A stretch of 64,000 bases of DNA from Botryllus schlosseri. Taxonomy: Eukaryota. Of the stretch, positions 52,980 through 64,000 are shown piece after piece; the stretch's first letter is position 1, and each line of letters begins with the position of its first letter. The notes under the pieces were generated by a model. That model was not told the origin of the DNA. It saw only the letters and a list, made by a program, of their open reading frames with translations, and did no database searches. The translations under genes and the position numbers were made by a program. The DNA lies in the NCBI GenBank assembly GCA_051294905.1, contig CM119371.1:38814001-38878000 (forward strand). The letters are read 5' to 3'.

Positions 52980-53389
52980 TGAAACGTAATGCGGAATCCA
53001 AATCAATTACAATCCTTAAGGCCTCTCTACACGGCACCGAATGCTTCACACCTCCTGTCTACACCGCAAGCAATTTGCTTCGTGGTCTTTAGTAAACAAA
53101 ATATTTCACCACAACAAACCCACAATTTAAACTACCCATCAGATAAATATACTATACTATGTGATACCCATCCACTTCAATATAACCTATAGACATTACG
53201 TAGCATTGTTTTGTGTAGCTCATTGAACAATGTGTGTCTTAGGTGGGTTAAAATAATAGAACCACCAATTATACCGATTATACCCAACAAAGATCCTGAT
53301 AGTCTGCGGTCGCGCTCAGCGAACCATATGCATACATAATAAAACAAGCTAATGGCATCGCTGTAAGGTGGCAAGTGGCCTGTTGAGAG

Positions 53390-55155
53390 CAGACATGGGG
53401 TAACCGTGATTAGTAATCGTAATCGATTACGACGATTACAGCATTTCCAAGTAATCGTAATCGCAATCGATTACATTCGAAAAAAATCCGAAGTAATCGT
53501 AATCGTAATCGACTACTTCACATATCTAATCGATTTCTTAGTGAAAGAACGATTACTTTTCATTTGTGCAATGCCCATGACATAAAGTGAACAATGAACA
53601 TTCATGAGCAACGAAGAGTGTGATTTAAAACAGGTTTTGGATAGCAGAAATGTCGGGTTTTCAAACGCCTCTGTACTCATTATTGCGTCACAAGTATTAG
53701 CATGGTTCTTGATTGCGTAACGAATTATCCGCACGTAGTGAATAGATATTCGATGTAAATAATGTAGTACTGTGATTGTAAGAACACCCGCTGTGGATTA
53801 TGTCACTGCACTGATTATTACACTGCACACGCCACTACCTCGCAGCAGGATAATAATCACCACTCGGCCTAGTTTCGAATAGTAACGTATATGTACAAAT
53901 TGTACATTGTACAATGTATTGATGTTTTGTTATGCTTAGGTAAACGCAATCTGACCGTAGCTGATTGGCTAGCTGTAGGCCTGTATACAATGGACAGCGA
54001 TTTGAAATTATTTACTCGTCAAATTAAACATGACAATTTCTACATCGAAGCATTAAAAACCAGGCTGCTGATAAAAAAATCATAACCGAGCCGTTATTTT
54101 CCGTTACTCGTATAACGGCAGATCGAAATATCTGTATTAAGTGGATTGCAGTCAGAAGTTGATGTTTACCTTATCATATTCTCATACGGCCCTACTTAAA
54201 ACGGGCAATAATTGTTCTTTCGCAATTTTATACTCATCATTCGGATATGCCACTAGCCATCCGCTTACACACCATGCTAGCGTGGATTTCAGCTAGAATC
54301 AGTACTGAAACAGCACTCCGCCACCGCCATTCTCACAAATGGTGATCTTGAGCTCCCCATAAGGCGATCAATGAAGCTTGTGGCGGGCGAAGTCCCCAGA
54401 CCCCCCTTAAGGACCGGACTTTTCACAAGAACTGGAAAACGCGATTTGATGCGATGGATCCGCTGTGCATTTTCTGTCAAGTCGCGCCAAGCGCGAATAT
54501 TTAGGCTCATAATTTACGACTATAACTTTGTTGTATGTTGTTAACTCGTGACCTCCTGTCTGCTATATAGTCAACAGATATTGGAGTCGCCCAAAAGTAG
54601 CAGACGAAAAGAAAACTAAACGAAAAACTTTCGTGAGACGCACCCAAAATTGTCATTTGTGCACGTGACTCATCATTTTCCTCAGTGAGTGCCCCCGGTG
54701 GCATTTGTATTGTGGGGCTGAGAGTGAGAAGACTATTTTTCGCGACCATCCAGCGCGGCTATGGACAATGGACAAATACACAATGTTTCAGCCAATGTAG
54801 CATGTCTTGGGGTGTTGCGGCGCGGTATTGGCTGGCACCGAAATACCTATTTCTGTGTGAATCATGCAATGGCATATTATGTCATACACAGGAAATGACG
54901 TCATAATGTCTCATTTAAAAATAAATACCTTCTCTCATGAGACCTTTTCATCGCATTGTTGTCTTCCAAAGATAAACTTTCAGAAGAAAAATTAATGTAA
55001 TCGTGAGTAATCGCGATTACTTTTCCAAAGTAATCGTAATCGTAATCGACTACACGCGGATTTTGCTGTAATCGTAATCGTAATCGTAATCGCGTGATTC
55101 ATAAGTAATCGTAATCGCAATCGATTACATTCTTGAAGTAATCACCCCATGTCTG
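53390..55155. mobile_element. hAT non-autonomous element with (GTAATC)n subterminal arrays, nested upstream of the transposase
   Basis: TIR CAGACATGGGGT; perfect TSD GTTGAGAG. Confidence 0.9.
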
Positions 55156-56759
55156 GTTGAGAGGCCTTTAATATCGCACCTCGCAATGGTATAGTTACAT
55201 TAGTAATTACAAATCTGCCCCCGAAAATCTACTTTATATTACTTTACGAATTTTTTTTTTTTGGGGGGGGGGGCGATCGCCCCGTTCGCCCTTCCAGGGC
55301 TACGCCAGTGCTTGGAGGTACAGAACTTCAATATACACATATATTTTTGTTCTAGTTTCTTGCGTCCGCCCCGAACGTTCTTCCGTTACCACCATGTGGC
55401 TAGTATTCGGGCTTGATACTTGCCGCTTGATGGAAACCATAATGAGCAATATAGTGAATCTAGATTGCTTTAGTCAGTGTATCGTTTCATATATTAAGAG
55501 ATGCCGACTTTACCTTAGAAGAAACGTGCCACTAATTTGGTCTTACACAGAATACTTATTATTTCTTTGACTCCCAACATAGTAATGAACAATGGATTGG
55601 CGATTGGGTGTGGAATATAATGTGTCGGTGCGGTGTCCGTTCCCTAAAAATCATGATGACTTGGAAGTTGGAATCAGTCTGAATATTAACAAATGAGGTG
55701 ATATAGAAGACAGAGTGGACACAATACATATATACAAATAAGCACTTGAACTACATGTCAAGGGGTGGATAATCCAAGTAGCATAATATCGAAAAACTGG
55801 AGAACAAAACCATTTATTCACACATATAAATTAACTGGGAATCATTTCTTTATTCGGCGATCTGTTGTACCAGTCATTCGTTACTTAACGATGTTGCAGC
55901 TCATCTCCCCCGGCCTATATTAAGGTTAACGTCAGGTATTACTATAAAGCAAGCATAATACCGCATACAACGTTCGCGCATCTTCGTCGGCACCGGTGAC
56001 CCAAGCACCTGAGTCAGTATGGGCCCGGGGGATATCATCTGGAGGGAGAACAATATATTATCCATGCAGTTGCACTGCGATCTTTGCAATGATCCTGAAT
56101 GTGGCAATCATTCGATGCGACTTTCAGCCAAACGGAAAATGCTGCAGACTATTGGCATGTAATTGAAATTCGAAGGAAATTTTTCATCGGCGAATTGGTT
56201 GTTGCTTGGTATCATGTAATTGGTGATACAAATGAATTGGATGATGCAGTCGAATTAATTGTAGATTGCAGTCAAATGAATCGTATATTGCATTCTAATT
56301 ATGAATTGCAGTCGAATTGATGTAAATGGTTTTTGCGCGGCAGTCAGAATCCTTCGATGCCGATCATAGACGAAGAAGCATGTCTAATTGGTTATGTGCG
56401 AACGATAATCGTTGTAATGCACATATATTTCCCGCGAGTTTAATATCAAGTCCGAGTTCAATTCAAGTGGTGATAGCTCGCACGTAGAACAGCTACAGCA
56501 AAATACAACTGCATGAAGATAACAGACACATAGTACAGCAACAGCAACATAAATCCGAATGAACATATTAACATAAAACTATAATAATAAGCTAAGTATA
56601 AGGGAGGCCATGAGATTTACAGTAAAGTATGCGACAACTTGAAGTACCAGCACTCGAAGATTCGCTTACGCTTTATTTAACAGTTGGAAAATGGAGCAGC
56701 CGATCCGAGAAGGCTTGATTAAAAAAGGATGCTAAAATACGAACGCAATTGAAGATTAC

Positions 56760-56931
56760 AATTAAATAGTATATTCATATTGAAATGAACCCGAATATTT
56801 TCGGCTGACACTCGTCAGGGGTAATCGTCAGCAACTAGTAGAGAATTGGAAAGAACATTGTATATCAACAATCGTATCACAAATATACTATTTAATCGTA
56901 TATTGAAGTTCTGTACCTCCAAGAAGCTCTT
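56760..56931 (-). mobile_element. Short hammerhead-containing retroposed repeat (copy D, best preserved)
   Basis: Flanked by the 14-bp direct repeat CAATTGAAGATTAC (56746-56759, 56932-56945). Homologous to 13073-13160, 14303-14406, 28022-28173 and 62240-62305. Confidence 0.75.
56789..56832 (-). ncRNA. Putative minimal type-I hammerhead ribozyme (intact core)
   Basis: Minus-strand RNA reads GCUGACGAUU-ACCC-CUGACGA-G-UGUCAGC-C-GAAA-AUAU-UC-GGGU. Features: core CUGANGA/GAAA/UH, stem I ACCC:GGGU, 1-bp stem II, palindromic AAUAUU stem III, loop II complementary to upstream GCUGAC(G). Confidence 0.75.
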
Positions 56932-58157
56932 CAATTGAAGATTACCGAAATCACTTGCCCAATCTCAGACACCTTCCATATCATATTCTGGTGTGTTATG
57001 ATAAATGAATCTCCGAATTCTTCTTTTCTGGTGTGATGTCTATAGTTTGTTGCATTGACGTTGGCTTATTTATTCTACATGCCAACGCAAATTGTGCAAT
57101 AAGTTACATGTTCTAGTTCTAGTATAATGTTTCACAGTATTGGACGTTAGCACGCAAATTACAGTCTGTGTCTTATACAGATTGAAATACTGGTGTCTAT
57201 AGCTTATGGTTTGTGTATTGCGAAATACGTGTAGTTTATTGTATCGAGGCCTTCGTGTTTTTGCAGTTCATTTCGTTTCTGAGATTTGCGGACTTCGAAT
57301 GACATGTCATCAGCAACAATTGATATTCGATTGACCTAGTATTTACAACAAGAATTGTGGCCAGCAAGCAATGCGTCATCAATTCACAAACATATGACAA
57401 ACTTTGAATCATAGCGTAGGCTACTCAATTCGATCGCTAGCATGTTATTTGTTGATTTCGATAAGATCCCCGTTATTCAAACAGTATATGTTTGAAATTT
57501 CGATGTAACGGTTTTCGTAATCGTTGATGTTATTAGGAGTCCTTGAGTTGGATAACAGCATCGTCACGAGGCTTGTTATCGCGCTCTTTACGCATAAAGG
57601 TTGCGTAACTCTAAAATATAACGTTGGTTACTCAGGGAGTATGATAAACATCGTGCTGTATATTTGAAATAATGTAATTGGCAATGTTGTATAGGCCTAC
57701 ACCGAGCGTAGCATCATAGACATTGTTATAGAAAAGCAAGTCTTAAATCGTGCATTGATGGGTATAAGGTGAAGTGGAATACACCAAATTAACTACTGAA
57801 ACAGGACATCTGCCCATCGTACTGATTTTCCGGAGCCATCAGTCTTTAACGTCCTGATCGCATTTATATAATTGTAATTTTCTGACGCACCACATCAAGA
57901 ATGGCGATTTGGTAATAAAATGTTACAAATCACGTAAATATGAAGTTACGAAAAAATCCAAATTTCTCCAATATTTAATCAGTGAGGGACACGACCTGAA
58001 AAAAGCATATCTACATAGCATGGACATTGCGAATCCAATATCTTCGCAGTCTAAATACAGGTAGTCTATGCTACACACATGCGTCATTGCGCAATGAGCA
58101 TAGCCAGAACAGAGATAGAGGCGCATACGTTCTCAAATAGATTTGAATTGTAGACGA

Positions 58158-58253
58158 GTAGAAGCAGAACTATTTGAGTTTTTCGTTGATAATCCACGGA
58201 TCAAGGATAATCCAAGAATTATCAACGAAAAACTCGAATAACTCCGCTTCTAC
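58158..58253. repeat. 36-bp-arm inverted repeat (hairpin)
   Basis: GTAGAAGCAGAACTATTTGAGTTTTTCGTTGATAAT ... ATTATCAACGAAAAACTCGAATAACTCCGCTTCTAC; 32/36 Watson-Crick pairs, 24-nt loop. Confidence 0.8.
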
Positions 58254-58553
58254 AAGTCGGAATTGACTCAAATTTGATTTGCATCGTCTTTGAAGACAGC
58301 TCAACAATTTCATGGGGTTGACTGAAAAATTTGACAATTTTGTTTTTTAATTTTTAATAATAAATTAAAAATTTCAATTCAAGATTGCACGGCCTTAACT
58401 GGTTGGAATTGAGTCAAATTTGGTGTGCATCGTTTTCTTGAACAACCTGACGATATAGTCAGTAGGCGAGTGAGATTTGGAAAAAAAAGGTTTTTTTGAA
58501 CAACCCTATTGCTCATACGCTCTAAAATTCACACTGTAATATTGTATTATGAG

Positions 58554-59065
58554 TAGGGCTGGGCAAAATCGAGTACCTGAGTGATTCGATTCTGAATCAC
58601 GTATTATGCTTCGAGTCGAATCGAGTATTCGAGTATCACTCATTATGACGTCACAACAACATGTACTGTATTAAAGTTCAAATGTGTACGTTTTATGCCA
58701 CTACAAGGAACATAACGCATGTTATCCATCACATTAAAGATACTTTGGTATTTTTTCAACCATAAAGATTTCATTGCACTTCTTGACAATGTTGCGGGTT
58801 GATCATGACTTCGGAAATGTGTTATTTCCAGTAACGTTCGTAGCTTTGCGATGTCTCGTATGCTGCGACACGGCCAATCAAGGTTTCAGGCTACCTCAGT
58901 GGAAAATATTGTCAAAACTATAATTCTCGTTAGTAAATTAACTTTCAGTTGCGAGGAGCGTATAATTTCAGTACTCGAAAAAATCTTGTTTTACTACTCG
59001 ACTCGAATCATCCAAATTAATACTCGATTCAGATTCGAGTACTCGAATCATTATGCCCAGCCCTA
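58554..59065 (+). mobile_element. hAT MITE, TAGGGCTGGGCA family
   Basis: TIR TAGGGCTGGGCA; perfect TSD ATTATGAG. Confidence 0.9.
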
Positions 59066-62000
59066 ATTATGAGGAATATCAAGCTGAAATATATTGTTTG
59101 GTGTAGCTTCCTTCCATGCATGAATTGAATAGTAAAAATTAGCTAGTAAACGACATTTTGTTTAAAGCTCAAAAGTTCAGCCATTTGCAAATACATATAT
59201 ACTGCTCGTACATAGACGCGTGACGGAGTAAAATCATAAAAATGACATACTTCAAATCTTTCTCATAGTTCGAAAGCCCCAATGGCATTGCAATGAGGCA
59301 AATCTCACATATGTCGACTTCCGAATAAAATGAAACATAAAGTACAATAAACTCACGATATCATTTTGACCTGGGACGGAAAGGAAATAGCGATTGAGTT
59401 CGTTTACCTAAAGTGATAGCAGAAGAAATATTTTTAGGAAATGCGCGCAGCTTCAATAGCCTACTCATTGGCCAGTATTGACTTAGGAACAGCCTAGAGA
59501 AACCATCGTTGGTAGTACAATCCACATTCATTTGCGAAGACACGTGTCCCACAAAATTTGGGCACCGGAACATCCAGCCAGAGTACATAATATACCTTCC
59601 GAATGGTATGTCATAACGATGACGTGTGAGATCTGCCCTTGATAGTGGGTGTTCGGTACCTAAGTCTTCAAAATATGTAATTCTAATAAAGAACATGTCC
59701 TTTCAAATAAACAGACACAGATTGCCACTGAATTTATGTTGGCGATGAAACCAAATTTTCATTTCATAAAATACAACTGAAAATCACTATCACAGAATCC
59801 TCTGATCACATGTAATCATTAACAAATTGAAAGGGTAGAATGGTTATCATAGAGAACTAATGACGTGTTATCGGTGAAGAGACAGGGCTTGTCTTCTGAA
59901 ATGAAATCACATATAGGCCTATGTCAATCTATTCGCGCCCGCTCATCTGTTTTCGTCCGAACAGAGAACCAGGACGCACTCATTACCAACAAATAAACAC
60001 AGATAGACACGCTTTCACTACGCATTTAACGTAATCACTACGTTAAGTTGTGTAACCAACACTTTCGTGCTAAATATATTAAAATTGGTGGCCTGGAATT
60101 GCAATACAGCCTTCATTCGCATACTCCCGCGAACATTTTCAACTACTCAACGTCTTCATGTAAAAGAAGTATTACTCATTCCTTTAAGCTAATCGTGTGA
60201 ATAGATGCCATTAACATCGTTAGTCGTTACATGTCGTGCGGGTGTCTCACAGCCTCGGAAACTTTCGAATATTGTCGAACGAATTGCCGCGATAAGGTGC
60301 AGAGATTAACAACGTTTCGTGATGAAAATGAGCAGTGAATAAATTGATTCAAATAACGATTTGCAAGTAGGGGACCTTGTACAATCTCTCCCATGAATAC
60401 ATATCAAGTTACGCATCCTAGCGATAATGATTCATGGGGTTAGTGATGGTTTTGGAATCGTAATATAGGCTTAGAGCGGTATAGCCCCAGTGCCCCACAT
60501 GATTTCTCTCTGTTGAGGAAACATCACATCAGTTAGAAGCTTTATAAGAGTACCAACACGGGACACTGTGCGATCTTACAGCTGGGATTCCTCCAAGTCG
60601 GAATTATCGTATCAAAACCCAAAGAGGATAAATTTCGCTGTAAAGACCTATTTTCAATCATTAAATTGAAACTGAGCTCTTTTATGAATAGCATTTGGAG
60701 CGCACGACCCCAAACTTTATCACCCTGAGCAATACATGTACTGTTCGGCTCAATTCAGTTTAATTTGATATTTTGACACAGTCAGATTGCGACACGATGA
60801 AGCATAGGAAGGAGTCGTAACCCTTATAGTGATATTTTAATCAAACTACCACCTTGGTCAGAAATATACACATAAGAGGCAGGTACAGTACACTGATTTA
60901 ATAGCAAGAACAGAAAACGTAGAAGTTAGAGAAAATGGAAATGAAGGATATGGGTACGGTAAGCGAAAAAGTTATGCCAGATGTCCAGTCATCTCGAGTG
61001 CACACTAGAATATGCCCACTCAGGTAGAATATACTTTTATTTTGACTTGAATGTACTCACTACACAAGTTACAGCAGAAAAAAAACAGGAATACATAACT
61101 AGTTCTTGCTGTAAGGACTGATTCTCCACATTCCACATATAAATTGAACTGTTTTAAGAACGCTACTTATAGCAATCGATCATAAATATGGCACTCAGAG
61201 CAACATGTGTATACTTCAAAATACATCCAACATTTAAAGAACTTTATCGTGAAGAGGTTGAGGACAACAGTGTGGCCCCTGTGTTAGGTAATCGATCCTC
61301 CCATAAATTTTTATAGTTATGATTACGTGGCACAGTCGAAGTCGCATTCTTGCGCCATACCCGAATTTACGTAACAAGACCATGCAGTATGAAGAATTTC
61401 TGAACTAATGTCATCGACTCCAGCATGGGGCAAGCACTTCTTTGTCATGTGATGTAGCAGCAAACGCACAATATATCGGTGCAAGTATAAGTATGTAATG
61501 CAAACGTTAGCATTAAGAAACGCAAACATACCAGCACCCTAACGAGGTGTTTGCAGAGGGTTGTTTGTTCCCGAGCGTTTTGTACCAAGTGGTGCGCTAA
61601 CCATGAATTGATATCAGTTCGTGTTGAAACCGGACAGGAAGAGAATTTATTTTGGGATTGGAATTTATTCGGAAATCGCGCAAACGTGAGTATTTGCTGC
61701 ATTCATATATAATTCTAAAATTCTAAGATAATTCAAAGATTCAAATGTTCATTGGCGGGCTGGTCGTAGAACTGAAACCTTAAAGCTATAATTAAATTAA
61801 TAGTGGCATACCTCTGGTGACACACGAGGTTTACTACTAATAGTTTTACGACCCCATGCGCAGCGGCGAAATTATGAAGTAGTCCGATATTGTTCGAGAC
61901 CAAATTATTGGGCGAAGACGAAAACTTTGGTTTTCAGCACTTATTTAATCCTTCTTCAATGCGGTTTCGGTTTTCGTATCGAAATTATAACTTTCGAGCA

Positions 62001-62239
62001 CTAATGCATTTGATTGTAGTGACTAATTAGACTAATTAGAGCGAAATGCCGGTAATATATTTCTAATCTAGGGATGAAATGTCTCTGTGCTCTAATTGTA
62101 ATTAAAATCTAATTTACGGCTTTCTTGAAAATGCTACAATAGAACTGTAAAGCGCGACACAAGCGAAGCTTGAAAAACGTCAATTTGCAATTCTCGTGTT
62201 TTTAAAAGTGATGTATGATTTGATAAGATTGAAAAGCAA

Positions 62240-62305
62240 ATTCATTTTGAGATGAACACGAATTTTTTTGACTGCGAATCGTCAGGGATAACCGTTGAGA
62301 ACTGA
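62240..62305 (-). repeat. Hammerhead-containing repeat, copy E (highly degenerate)
   Basis: The + strand TTCATTTTGAGATGAACACGAATTTTTTTGACTGCGAATCGTCAGGGATAACCGT aligns to copy D TTCATATTGAAATGAACCCGAATATTTTCGGCTGACACTCGTCAGGGGTAATCGT. Confidence 0.5.
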
Positions 62306-63613
62306 ATTGAATTTGATTCTGCTAATCTGGAATTTATATCTATTTCCAAGTTTTTGCGAATTCGGTCAATATTGGAAGTGCTAAAATTTTTCTAATTTCG
62401 CAACTCTGCACTGATTGTTCATTGTCGAAATTCGAAGTCTGTTGTTTAGTGTAGACCAGATCGGGAGTGTCGTCATGTTAAATGTCAGTAGCCTAAATCT
62501 CAAGTCACAAAATTGGACACTAGAATACTGATGCTCTTCAGAGTAGGGCTTGGAAAAATTAAGTGGGACAACCTGATGGTTTTGAGTTCGAATACTACGG
62601 TGCGGCGAATTGCGGTTTCAAGGCTCCCAAACTATCTCCCTGGTCAGTTTCGCAAATATTCGTCAATCGTATCTTGATAACACGGATGGGCAAGGAATCA
62701 CCCTTGCGTAATGGCAGCGTGGTTTGTGGTGATTAAACAAGGGTAAGAAGCCCGTCACCTGAGCAATCAAATTATTCGAATGGCCACAAATCAGCAGTTT
62801 AACGGGTACGTGACCATTGACTACATTACGTCATGTCCTTCCCTCGTGTTTGCTCATCAGCATACCTGTGACAGTTGGAATCTATACCCTTGGAATTTGA
62901 TACAACTTCGACTGAAATTCTCTCCATTTCAACTCGGAACCACTCTCTGCAAGGCTCGGACAGTATGCAAAAAAAAACACTTAGCAGTAATCGAGAATGC
63001 AACTACTCAATTTTAAAAATTCATTTGTTTTGTTGGTAAATCTTGCTCGAAATATCCAGCTCTCCGTTTGTGAATATTTAGTGACTCTCTGCTGTGAGCT
63101 CGACTCGCAATCGCTCAACATCAAGAACGAAATGCCCTACATCTAGCTAGTCAGCTAATTGTGCTCATTAGGCCCATCAATCACTGAAATTAACGAAATT
63201 GATATAAAGAATGAATCATTGTCGAATGTTAAAATGTAGCAGGCGTGCTGGATCTATCTTGATTTGATTAGATATGTTTATTGTATAAATAAATCTGCCC
63301 GATTGGGGTGTTGCCTGTAATGTATAACTCGTTTTTAAAGTAGGCCTAGTATCTGTAGCAAGTACAGAAATCGGTTTGTCATTCTGATCACTATCAATGT
63401 AGCAATAATCTGACGCTTTAAGAATACATTCTGGTCTGGCCTATACCGTCTAGGCGTAATCTTATATTATCATTCAAGTCCTCGTTGAAATTGTTGTCTA
63501 AGCGACTGAGGCCACTGATTTTATGGAATCAACATAGCATTTGATTGTTCCAGTTGATAATTGTTGCGATGCTTAAAAAGTCAACCTGCACTTCAGCACT
63601 ATGGAATACTGTG

Positions 63614-64000
63614 TAGGGTTACCATACGTCCTCTTGTCCTCTTTTTTGACTTTTTTGAAAGTGTCCTCGGAGGACGCCCTTTTTTTTTGAAAAGTTAAGT
63701 CAGATTTAGAGCAAATTGCGAGTGATATGCCGTAAATTAGCACAGAAGTGACGCCCCAGCGGGTAGGCTATTTCGGAGTGAAAAACGGTGATTTTAGTTG
63801 TGAGCGGAAAGTTGACCTTTTTTTAGTCATCCACCTAGAAATGCGGAGAAAAACGTTATTTTGAGTTCTGAGCGGAGAAAGATGACCTTTTTTTTTAGTC
63901 AACCGATCACAAAGTGAGAAAAATTCACCGGCTTTTGAGAATTCTTCTCCGGTTTTGCAAGTCTCAAATTTCTGAAAAAGTGTCCTTTTTTTAGATTTCC
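63614..64000. mobile_element. hAT MITE (runs off window end)
   Basis: TAGGGTTACCATACGTCC...; reverse-complement homolog of 48395-48847. Confidence 0.8.

Larger units (their letters stand above)
43387..55310 (-). mobile_element. Decayed autonomous hAT transposon (Tip100/Zaphod-like, ZMYM1/THAP12-type transposase) with nested insertions
   Basis: TIRs CAGGGGCGTAGCC / GGCTACGCCAGTG with G-tracts; transposase remnants at 52979-51647 and 44955-44036. Confidence 0.85.

Noticed and set aside
57290..57320. Minus-strand CTGATGAC...CGAAG as another hammerhead
   Set aside because: Has GAAG rather than GAAA, and no stem I or III.

Overview
Eukaryotic, AT-rich, transposon-dense genomic DNA from an animal (probably an invertebrate; a tunicate is only a guess). 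The left third holds one complete 11-exon minus-strand gene, reconstructed by hand with all GT-AG junctions in phase (17890->1827, 734 aa). It encodes a signal peptide, a pentraxin/LamG-like domain, a zona pellucida (ZP) module, a furin site, a transmembrane helix and a basic tail. Its introns carry two tRNA-Leu(UAA) genes and a 28S rRNA fragment. The rest of the window has a tRNA-Lys(UUU), many non-autonomous hAT elements with 8-bp target-site duplications (TSDs), tRNA-derived SINEs, a foldback/Mutator-like element with a 9-bp TSD, and an ~11.9-kb decayed hAT transposon split by a 6.7-kb CACTA/CMC-like element. The most notable signal is a dispersed ~150-170-bp repeat (5 motif-bearing copies plus one fragment; two copies have 14-17-bp TSDs). 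It carries a minimal type-I hammerhead ribozyme motif with a 1-bp stem II, a predicted loop-II pseudoknot and a palindromic stem III. Most entries in the ORF track are spurious.
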